Assembly: GCA_045576375.1 (NCBI GenBank)
Contig: JAZNGI010000025.1
Location: forward strand, 1-42,770
Direction: 5' to 3'
DNA from: Eubacteriales bacterium
GTDB lineage: Bacteria > Bacillota > Clostridia > Oscillospirales > SIG627
DNA length: 42,770 bases
The position numbers and the translations under genes were made by a program. Under the pieces are notes generated by a model. The model saw nothing but the letters and a program-made list of their open reading frames with translations, was not told where the DNA came from and did no database searches. Positions 25,968-33,091 of the stretch are shown in pieces; the stretch's first letter is position 1; each line of letters opens with the position of its first letter.

Positions 25968-26069
25968 ATGAACATTTTGATGACAAACGCTCACCGTGCC
26001 GTCTTGTGCGCCGTCCCCCTCCGTTTTCACAGGAGGATCCCGCAAAAGTTCAGTTTACCGTGCGCATAA
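25968..26069 (+). CDS. Candidate 33-aa small ORF or leader peptide (MNILMTNAHRAVLCAVPLRFHRRIPQKFSLPCA)
   Basis: Not in the track (under 60 aa). AAAGGAGG SD 8 nt before the ATG. Its own promoter lies upstream. The stop codon lies inside the 5' arm of the following terminator. Confidence 0.4.
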   Translation: MNILMTNAHRAVLCAVPLRFHRRIPQKFSLPCA

Positions 26070-26102
26070 GCGGCAGAAAAGCTGTGGCTTATGCGCTTTT
26101 TT
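26062..26102 (+). terminator. Rho-independent terminator or attenuator between the sORF and the lipoprotein gene
   Basis: GCGCATAAGC, 15-nt loop, GCTTATGCGC, then TTTTTT. Confidence 0.8.
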
Positions 26103-26141
26103 ATCGAAAAAAAACAATAAAAAAAAGAAAGGATGAAAAGA

Positions 26142-26930
26142 ATGAAGCACATTTCTCTTTTTCTTTTGTTGTGCCTTGTTTTCAGTCTTTTCTCTTGTGC
26201 GGTCCATGAAACCGAAAAGCTCCCCGAGGAAAGCCCCGGTTTTCCTTCCCAAACCTCTTCCCCTCTCGAAAGTGAAGAGATAATTGACGGCTGTACTTTT
26301 GGTTGGAATTTTCACTGCGAAACGTATGAAGAATACCTTCAAGAGTTCAAACAGACCATGGAATATAAGGAGAACTTCTTCTCTTTTGAGGATCTTATGC
26401 TGTTGGAAGGGTGCGAGTTTTATGAGTTTTGGGCAAACGTCGACCCGAAGCACTCCCTTCCCTTTTCCTCCACGGATCAATTGGAGTTCTATACTTATGT
26501 CGTGAAATATGCAAACGACTTTTGGACCTTTTCGTTTTATGCAAACCAAACACTGATTGATCCCAAGAAAAGCTTAAGCAGCGAAGAGGTTTGCGCAGAC
26601 CGCTTGACTTGTACCGCCGAACCAACAGAGAGTGTTTACCTTTCCGCGGACGGGATCGAGTATCACTACTATGAAAAAAAGCTATCACAAATCTGTTGGT
26701 TAGAAAATGAAGTTCTCGTGAAAGTAAGCTACACAAACGATCGCTCCCTTGCCAAGGGACTTCGTGCATACTACGACCCTACGGGAGAAGCCTTTTTGAC
26801 CAAGCTTTTGGATCCCCAAAGAGCCAAGGAAGCAACCGATTGGTTTGGAAGCAGGACTCCCTATCCTTGGAAGAACGCGGCGACTCTCAACGGCAAAGAG
26901 GAAACGGATGCTTTTCTCGCTCTTTGGTAA
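26142..26930 (+). CDS. Hypothetical lipoprotein (orphan, low GC)
   Basis: MKHISLFLLLCLVFSLFSC: signal peptide with lipobox L-F-S-C. The start may be 26133 or 26142 (AAAGGA SD favours 26142). I recognise no family. A/T-ending codons contrast with the neighbours. Confidence 0.6.
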   Translation: MKHISLFLLLCLVFSLFSCAVHETEKLPEESPGFPSQTSSPLESEEIIDGCTFGWNFHCETYEEYLQEFKQTMEYKENFFSFEDLMLLEGCEFYEFWANVDPKHSLPFSSTDQLEFYTYVVKYANDFWTFSFYANQTLIDPKKSLSSEEVCADRLTCTAEPTESVYLSADGIEYHYYEKKLSQICWLENEVLVKVSYTNDRSLAKGLRAYYDPTGEAFLTKLLDPQRAKEATDWFGSRTPYPWKNAATLNGKEETDAFLALW

Positions 26931-27012
26931 ATGCCGACTCCCTTTACCCACTACAGTGCCCCGGAAGATATCGGAGCGCTAAAGAAGACCTTTAAATTTG
27001 ACCGCCTAATGC

Positions 27013-27041
27013 AAAAAAGAGCCGCACAGCGGCTCTTTTTT
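27013..27041. terminator. Bidirectional terminator between the lipoprotein and SDR genes
   Basis: AAAAAA, then AGAGCCGC-aca-GCGGCTCT, then TTTTT. Confidence 0.8.
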
Positions 27042-27051
27042 CGTTTCGTGT

Positions 27052-27762
27052 TTATAGATCCATGATCTGTCCCCCGTTGGGGCAAAGGACCTGGCCGGTG
27101 AGATAGGAGGAATCCTCCTCACAGAGAAAGCGCACCAGGGAAGCGATCTCCTCTGCTGAGGCAAAGCGCCCCAGGGGAATTGCTTCTTGGAGCAGTTGCC
27201 GTTCTTGGGGAGAAAAACGGGCATTCATATCCGTGTCGATCACCCCCGGGCTCACGGCGTTGACCCGAATCCCCGAAGGGGCCAGCTCCCAGGCCAAAGC
27301 CTTGGTGAGGGACAAGAGCGCTCCTTTGGCCGCAGAATACAAGGCCTCGCAGGATGCGCCGCATTGCCCCCAAAGGGAAGCCACGTTCACCACCGCGCCG
27401 CCCCGCTCCAGCATTTTCGGGCACAGCGCCCGAAGCAAATGGAAGGGGGAAAGAAAATCCACGTTGAAAAAACGTTGGGCTTGGGCAAAATCCGCATCCT
27501 GAAACAGACCGAACAGCGACTCGCCGCCGTTATTCACCACGGCGTCAAAGGTGCCTAAGGTTCGGGCAAGCTCATACACGCCCCGAGGGTCACAAAGGTC
27601 GCAGGGTACGCAGGAAACTGAGGGAAGGGCTTGGCACAGCGCCTTGGCCTTCTCCTCGCTTTTGTGATAGGTGAACACGGTTTCCCAGCCGTTTTCACTG
27701 AACTGACGGACACAAGCCGCTCCCAGACCCCGGGAACCTCCCGTGATAAAGACCCGTTTCAT
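27052..27762 (-). CDS. SDR family oxidoreductase (FabG-like)
   Basis: Start MKRVFITGGSRGLG. Catalytic YSAAKGA. ATGA overlap with the upstream DivIVA-domain gene. Confidence 0.85.
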   Translation of the reverse strand: MKRVFITGGSRGLGAACVRQFSENGWETVFTYHKSEEKAKALCQALPSVSCVPCDLCDPRGVYELARTLGTFDAVVNNGGESLFGLFQDADFAQAQRFFNVDFLSPFHLLRALCPKMLERGGAVVNVASLWGQCGASCEALYSAAKGALLSLTKALAWELAPSGIRVNAVSPGVIDTDMNARFSPQERQLLQEAIPLGRFASAEEIASLVRFLCEEDSSYLTGQVLCPNGGQIMDL

Positions 27763-28262
27763 TCTCCCTTGGTCTGCTGTGAGAGTTTTTCCAGCCCTGC
27801 GCCGATGCCATCCAGCTCCCCGCAAAGCCGAGCGCAAAGAGCAGAACGGTCGGCAACCTCGCTTTGGGGAAAGCTTTCTTCCTTGGGATCCACGCTGAGA
27901 AGCTGACTGAGGGTGCTGGCCAAAGCATCGTACTTGGCGGCCTTAGCGGCGTATTCCCCGCTCTTTTTCAATTCCTCGTCTGCCTGAGCGAGAGCCTGCA
28001 GCAGCTCCTCCGCCGCAATTTTCACGCTTTCCAGACGGAGGGAAAGCTCCTGTGCCTGCTCCTGCACACGCCCGCAAAGGTTTTTTTCGATGCTCTTCAC
28101 CTCTTGTTTGGCGGCGGCAAGCTGAGAAGAGAGGGCGCTGATCTGCTCGTTTTTGCGGGCGATCAGCTCTTCGGTTTCTCTGGCGCGGGACGCCAGGTAT
28201 TCATTCACGTCTTTTTTGTGATATCCCGTGAGGGAAGTGCGAAACATTACCGATCTGGCCAT
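27759..28262 (-). CDS. DivIVA-domain coiled-coil protein (~167 aa)
   Basis: MARSVMFRTSLTGYHKKDVNEYL (DivIVA N-terminal motif) followed by coiled-coil sequence. The upstream 260 aa of track ORF 27759..29042 are antisense to the AGCS gene and were rejected. Confidence 0.7.
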   Translation of the reverse strand: MARSVMFRTSLTGYHKKDVNEYLASRARETEELIARKNEQISALSSQLAAAKQEVKSIEKNLCGRVQEQAQELSLRLESVKIAAEELLQALAQADEELKKSGEYAAKAAKYDALASTLSQLLSVDPKEESFPQSEVADRSALCARLCGELDGIGAGLEKLSQQTKGE

Positions 28263-28376
28263 TGTTTGTTCTCCGCTGTTTTCATAATTTTTTCCGTTTT
28301 GTATATATTGGTAACAACAGTATAGCACAAAACGGCAAGTTTGTATAGAGTTTTTTTCTTTTTTGGGGAGGAAGCC

Positions 28377-29669
28377 ATGCTGGAACAAATCAATTCCCTG
28401 CTTTGGGGCAAGCTGATGATCGCTCTGCTCAGCCTTTTGGGGATCAAACTGCTGATCTTGACGCGCTTTTATCCCATACGAAAGGCAAAATTCATTCTTT
28501 CCTGTCTTTTCTCGCAAGACCGAAAGGATTCCTCCGCTCCCTCTCCCTTTCAGACCATGTGTACCGCTCTCGGGGGCACCATCGGCGTGGGAAACACCGT
28601 GGGTGTTGCGGCGGCAATCGCTGTCGGCGGCGCGGGAGCGGTACTGTGGATGATCGTTTCCGCGTTTTTCGCCATGATCATTAAATTTTGCGAGACCTGG
28701 CTGTCTGCCCGATATCGGGACAACTCCCTGGGCTTCGGAGGCCCGATGCATTACATCCGCACCCTGCTCCATTCTCCCCTTCTTGCCGCCCTGTTTTCTC
28801 TCAGCGTGCTGCCCGCCTCCCTGTTCGTGGGCAACCTGGCGCAATCGGACCTGGTTTGCTCCTCTCTGGAAAGCATTTTCCGCCTGCCGCCCCTGCTCAC
28901 GGGGGTGCTTCTGGCCCTTTTGGTGGGCTGGGTAATCTTCGGCGGGGCCAAGCGCATCACCGACTGTGCCTCCGTTTTGGTGCCTCTGATGAGCGTGTTC
29001 TACGTGATCCTCTGCGCTGTGATGCTTCTGGGGCAGATCCACCGCCTCCCCTGGGCGCTGATGCGCATGGTGACCGAAGCCTTTTCCTTTGACGCCTTAG
29101 CGGGAGGAGCGGGGGGCTTTGCCTTATCCAAGGCCATCTCCTGCGGTTTTTCCAAAGGAATGTTCTCCAACGAGGCGGGCATGGGAAGCGCCCCCATGGC
29201 TCACACCCAATCGGGAGAAGGCGACCCGGAAAAGCAGGGGGCCTGGGGCATCGTAGAAGTGTTCATTGACACCGTGGTGATCTGCCTGCTTACGGCTCTT
29301 GTGATCCTCACCTGCTCCGACGGCTCCCAAGACGTGTTATCCGCGGTGCTTTCCTGCTTCACGGGGCGCTTTGGCACTCTCGGTGCGGTTTTCTTTGCCC
29401 TCTCCATGACCCTGTTTGCCTTTGCCAGTATGTGCGCCTGGAGCATGTATGCCGATTGCGCACTGAAAACACTGACGAGTAAAAAGCTCCCCCGCCTGCT
29501 GTTTCGCGCCGTTTTCACGGCCTGCATTCCCTTGAGCGTGTTTCTCTCCACGGAGCACATTCTCTCCCTTTCCGATCTCTTTAACGCCGTGATGGCCCTG
29601 CCCAACGTTCTTTCCCTTCTGGTGATCACTTCTCTCAAGCCCACCAAACAGGCTCTGAGAGAATTATGA
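28377..29669 (+). CDS. Alanine/glycine:cation symporter (AGCS family)
   Basis: Start MLEQINSLLWGK after a GGGGAGG SD. ALGGTIGVGNTVGVAAAI, GGAGAVLWM, GGPMHYI, SNEAGMGSAPMAH. Confidence 0.85.
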   Translation: MLEQINSLLWGKLMIALLSLLGIKLLILTRFYPIRKAKFILSCLFSQDRKDSSAPSPFQTMCTALGGTIGVGNTVGVAAAIAVGGAGAVLWMIVSAFFAMIIKFCETWLSARYRDNSLGFGGPMHYIRTLLHSPLLAALFSLSVLPASLFVGNLAQSDLVCSSLESIFRLPPLLTGVLLALLVGWVIFGGAKRITDCASVLVPLMSVFYVILCAVMLLGQIHRLPWALMRMVTEAFSFDALAGGAGGFALSKAISCGFSKGMFSNEAGMGSAPMAHTQSGEGDPEKQGAWGIVEVFIDTVVICLLTALVILTCSDGSQDVLSAVLSCFTGRFGTLGAVFFALSMTLFAFASMCAWSMYADCALKTLTSKKLPRLLFRAVFTACIPLSVFLSTEHILSLSDLFNAVMALPNVLSLLVITSLKPTKQALREL

Positions 29670-29670
29670 A

Positions 29671-29723
29671 AACAACCGTCTTGCGGCACACTTCCTCAAA
29701 GGGAGGATCGCAAGACGGTTGTT
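29671..29723. terminator. Long compound hairpin between the convergent AGCS and glutamine synthetase genes
   Basis: A 15-bp stem AACAACCGTCTTGCG/CGCAAGACGGTTGTT enclosing a smaller TCCTC/GAGGA hairpin. Confidence 0.65.
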
Positions 29724-29765
29724 TGATTGTTTCAACAGGGGCAAGACCGGAGTTTTCCTTTTTCT

Positions 29766-31847
29766 TCAGAAACTGAACAGAAGCTCTCCGTAGGTGGGAA
29801 TGGGCCAGAAGGCACGGTCGGTATTGCGCTCCAACTCATCGGCATAGGCGCGAAGCTTTGCCATGGCGGGGATCACCTCATCCTTGAAGCAAAGAGCCTT
29901 GGAAAGCTGATCGGTGAGGGAGCGGGCTTTTTGATCTGCTTTTTCCACGGCATCGGCGGCGGCGATGGCATCCACCAAAAGCTTTGAAAGAGTTTCCACT
30001 GAGGTGATCTCGGGGCAGAGAGCTCTGTCGATGCCGATGGCCAGCTTATCTTTGGCGATTTCGGCCAGCTTGCCGATATATTTTTCCACGGCGGGCAAAA
30101 TGTCTTTTCTTGCCATGCTCACCATGGTCAGCGCTTCAATGTTGATGAGCTTGGAATAGCTCTCCAGTTGCATCTCGTAGCGGCTTTCCAGCTCGCTTCG
30201 GGTGAAGATCCCGTGGCGCACGTAGAGAGAAACGTTCTTCTCGTCCAAAAGGGTGCTCAGGGCATCCACGGTGGTCTTCAGCTCTAAAAGACCTCTTTTT
30301 TTGGCTTCCTCCACCCAGCTTTCGCTGTAGTTATTGCCGTTGAAAATGATGCGTCTGTGGTTGGCATATTCTCGGGAAATGATCTTGACGGCTTCCTCTT
30401 TTTTATTTTCTGCCTTCTCTAAGCGCTGAGCAAAACGGATCAGAACATCCGCCACCACGGTGTTGAGCACCACGGCGGGATCTGCCACGGAGAAGGAAGA
30501 GCCGGGCATACGGAATTCAAACTTATTCCCCGTAAAGGCAAAGGGAGAGGTGCGGTTGCGGTCGGTCCCGTCCTGGTTGATGACGGGAAGTGCGTTTACA
30601 CCCGTTTGCAGGGGCTTGGCATCCCGGCGGCAATAGGGCACTCCCCGGGCATAGCAATCCAAAATTTCTTCCAGATCGGTGCCGATGAACATGCTGATAA
30701 TGGCGGGGGGCGCTTCGCAGGCACCCAAACGGTGATCGTTTCCTGCGCTGGCGGCAGACAGACGGATCAGATCCTGATACTCGTCCACCGCTTTGATGGT
30801 GGCAACCAAAACCAAAAGGAAGCAAAGATTCTCCGCAGGCTTATCCCCCGGCTTGAAGAGATTGCGTTGCCCCTGGGAAATGCTCCAATTCACGTGCTTT
30901 CCCGAGCCGTTGACCCCCTGGAAGGGCTTTTCATGGAGCAAGCAAGCCAAATCGAAACGGGCGGCCACCCGCTTCATGATCTCCATGGTCAACTGGTTAT
31001 GATCCACGGCGATGTTGGAATTGGTGAAGATGGGTGCCAGCTCGTGCTGAGAGGGAGCGGCCTCGTTGTGCTCCGTCTTGGCCAGGATCCCCAGCTTCCA
31101 GAGCTCTTCATCCAGGGCTTTCATATACTGAAGCACTCGGGGACGGATGGTGCCGAAGTAGTGATCGTCCAGCTCCTGTCCCTTGGGGGGCATCAGACCA
31201 AACAGGGTGCGTCCGGTATATACCAGGTCTCTGCGTTTCTTAAACAGCTCCCGATCCACCAGAAAATATTCCTGCTCGGGGCCGATGGTGGTGAATACGT
31301 CCTCGGCATTTTCGCCCAGGCTCAAAAGAAAGCGCTCCGTTGCCCTGTTGATGCATTCCATGGAACGCAACAGGGGCGTTTTTTTATCCAACGCTTCGCC
31401 GCCGTAGGAACAGAAGGCGGTGGGAATGCAGAGGGTGTTATCTTTAATGAAGGCGTAGGACGTGGGATCCCAATTGGTGTAGCCCCGCGCCTCAAAGGTG
31501 GCACGCAACCCCCCCGAGGGAAAGCTGGAGGCATCGGGCTCGCTCTTGATGAGCTCCTTGCCGGAAAACTCCATGATCACCCGACTGTCGGACACGGGAG
31601 AAATGAAGCTGTCGTGCTTTTCCGCGGTGACCCCGGTCATGGGCTGGAACCAGTGGGCAAAATGAGTCACGTCGTGCTCCAGCGCCCATTCCTTCATGGA
31701 GTGGGCAATGGCGTTGGCCACGTCCAGCGCCAGGGGCTTGCCTTCTCTGACCGAAGCCTTGAAGCGCCGATAAATATCCTTGGAAAGACGCTCCCGCATC
31801 ACGGTGTCGTTAAACACCAGGGAGCCGAAAACAGAAGAAATATCCAT
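29766..31847 (-). CDS. glnN: Type III glutamine synthetase
   Basis: 693 aa. Size and motifs (GPEQEYFL, HNEAAPSQHEL, NGSGKHVNWS, DRNRTSPFAFTGNKFEFR) are typical of GSIII. Confidence 0.9.
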   Translation of the reverse strand: MDISSVFGSLVFNDTVMRERLSKDIYRRFKASVREGKPLALDVANAIAHSMKEWALEHDVTHFAHWFQPMTGVTAEKHDSFISPVSDSRVIMEFSGKELIKSEPDASSFPSGGLRATFEARGYTNWDPTSYAFIKDNTLCIPTAFCSYGGEALDKKTPLLRSMECINRATERFLLSLGENAEDVFTTIGPEQEYFLVDRELFKKRRDLVYTGRTLFGLMPPKGQELDDHYFGTIRPRVLQYMKALDEELWKLGILAKTEHNEAAPSQHELAPIFTNSNIAVDHNQLTMEIMKRVAARFDLACLLHEKPFQGVNGSGKHVNWSISQGQRNLFKPGDKPAENLCFLLVLVATIKAVDEYQDLIRLSAASAGNDHRLGACEAPPAIISMFIGTDLEEILDCYARGVPYCRRDAKPLQTGVNALPVINQDGTDRNRTSPFAFTGNKFEFRMPGSSFSVADPAVVLNTVVADVLIRFAQRLEKAENKKEEAVKIISREYANHRRIIFNGNNYSESWVEEAKKRGLLELKTTVDALSTLLDEKNVSLYVRHGIFTRSELESRYEMQLESYSKLINIEALTMVSMARKDILPAVEKYIGKLAEIAKDKLAIGIDRALCPEITSVETLSKLLVDAIAAADAVEKADQKARSLTDQLSKALCFKDEVIPAMAKLRAYADELERNTDRAFWPIPTYGELLFSF

Positions 31848-31862
31848 ACCGAAAAACCTTTC

Positions 31863-32867
31863 TTACAGCAATGCCACGCCTGCCTTGCGGCACACCTCCA
31901 CGGTGTGCGCGTCCCAAACGGAAACCTGCACCTCGCCCACGTGGGCCTTGTCCAGAAGAAGCATGCACAGTCTTGACTGTCCGATGCCGCCGCCCACGGT
32001 GAGAGGAAGCTCGCCCTTGAGAAGCATTTGGTGGAAGGGAAGATCCCTGCGCTGCGTGCAACCGCTCAGCTCCAACTGCTTTTCCAAAGATGCCCCGTCC
32101 ACACGGATCCCCATGGAGCTGATCTCAAAGGCACAGTCCAAAACGGGGTTATAGAACATAATGTCCCCGTTCAGCTCCCAATCGTCGTAATCGGGGGCTC
32201 TCAGATCGTGGGGCTTGCCCGAACGAAGAAGCTTTCCGATCTGCATGATAAACACCGTTTTGTGCTCTCTCACAATGCGGTTTTCTCTTTCCTTGGGGCT
32301 CAGCTCGGGATAACGGTCCTCCAGCTCCTGGGAGGTGATGAAGGTCACCTCTCGCTTCACGGGACAAATCAAAGCAGGATACATTTCCCGCAAGGCCTGC
32401 GCCGTGTCGCAAATGGCGCCCACGATGGCGCTGACGGTGCTTTTCAGGTACTCCACGGTGCGTTCTTCCCGCGTGATCACCTTTTCCCAGTCCCACTGAT
32501 CCACGTACAGAGAGTGAAGGTTATCGGTCTCTTCGTCTCTTCGGATGGCGTTCATATCCGTCCAAAGCCCGTTGCCGGGGTGAAAATCGTATTTGGCCAA
32601 AGCCATTCGCTTCCATTTGGCAAGAGAATGAACGATCTGCGCCGTGACCCCTGCTGCGGGAATATCAAAGCTGACGGGACGTTCCACGCCGCTGAGATCA
32701 TCGTTGAGACCGGAAGCGGAATCCACGAAAAGAGGTGCGGAGATCCGCTTTAAATTCAAGGCGGCGGAAAGCTTCTCTTCAAACACCTTGTGCAAGCGTC
32801 CGATGGCAGTCTGAGTATCGTACACACTCAAAGAAGAGCGGTATCCCTCGGGAATAAACGATTTCAT
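31863..32867 (-). CDS. asnA: Aspartate--ammonia ligase (asparagine synthetase A)
   Basis: Start MKSFIPEGYRSSLSVYDTQTAI after a GAGGTG SD. About 334 aa, colinear with E. coli AsnA by recall (DQWDWE, GGGIGQSRL). 15-nt gap to glnN. Confidence 0.9.
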   Translation of the reverse strand: MKSFIPEGYRSSLSVYDTQTAIGRLHKVFEEKLSAALNLKRISAPLFVDSASGLNDDLSGVERPVSFDIPAAGVTAQIVHSLAKWKRMALAKYDFHPGNGLWTDMNAIRRDEETDNLHSLYVDQWDWEKVITREERTVEYLKSTVSAIVGAICDTAQALREMYPALICPVKREVTFITSQELEDRYPELSPKERENRIVREHKTVFIMQIGKLLRSGKPHDLRAPDYDDWELNGDIMFYNPVLDCAFEISSMGIRVDGASLEKQLELSGCTQRRDLPFHQMLLKGELPLTVGGGIGQSRLCMLLLDKAHVGEVQVSVWDAHTVEVCRKAGVALL

Positions 32868-32927
32868 GGGCTTCACCTCTGTGATAAAATTCAAAACAAA
32901 CACTTCTCGATTCTATTCGATTTTATG

Positions 32928-32956
32928 ATTATAGCACAATCCCCTCTCGGTGTCAA
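32928..32956 (-). promoter_or_regulatory. Consensus SigA promoter of asnA-glnN
   Basis: Minus strand reads TTGACA, 17 nt ending in TGC, then TATAAT. Confidence 0.75.
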
Positions 32957-33024
32957 CAAAAACCCGTGCTTTGTTCCCCTTTTTTCCCTGTTTTTCTCGG
33001 GAGAAGGGAGCTCGGTTTTTGCGG

Positions 33025-33054
33025 TTGACAAAGGGCGGGAAGGTGTTGTATAAT
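33025..33054 (+). promoter_or_regulatory. SigA promoter of the coiled-coil protein/recG operon
   Basis: TTGACA, 18 nt, TATAAT. Confidence 0.65.
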
Positions 33055-33091
33055 AATGTATGATAAAATCCTCATTCAAGAAGAGGTTGTT

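Noticed and set aside
25797-26549. ORFs 25797..26045 (-), 25886..26209 (+) and 26055..26549 (-) in the low-GC islet
   Set aside because: They have no SD. They run across a promoter, a terminator and the lipoprotein signal peptide, and have AT-rich low-complexity composition. The sORF at 25968 and the lipoprotein frame explain the signals better.
28263-29042. N-terminal 260 aa of track ORF 27759..29042 (minus strand)
   Set aside because: This part is antisense to the AGCS symporter and is H/Q/G/R-rich. The real gene starts at the internal ATG (28262), which has an SD and a DivIVA N-terminal motif.
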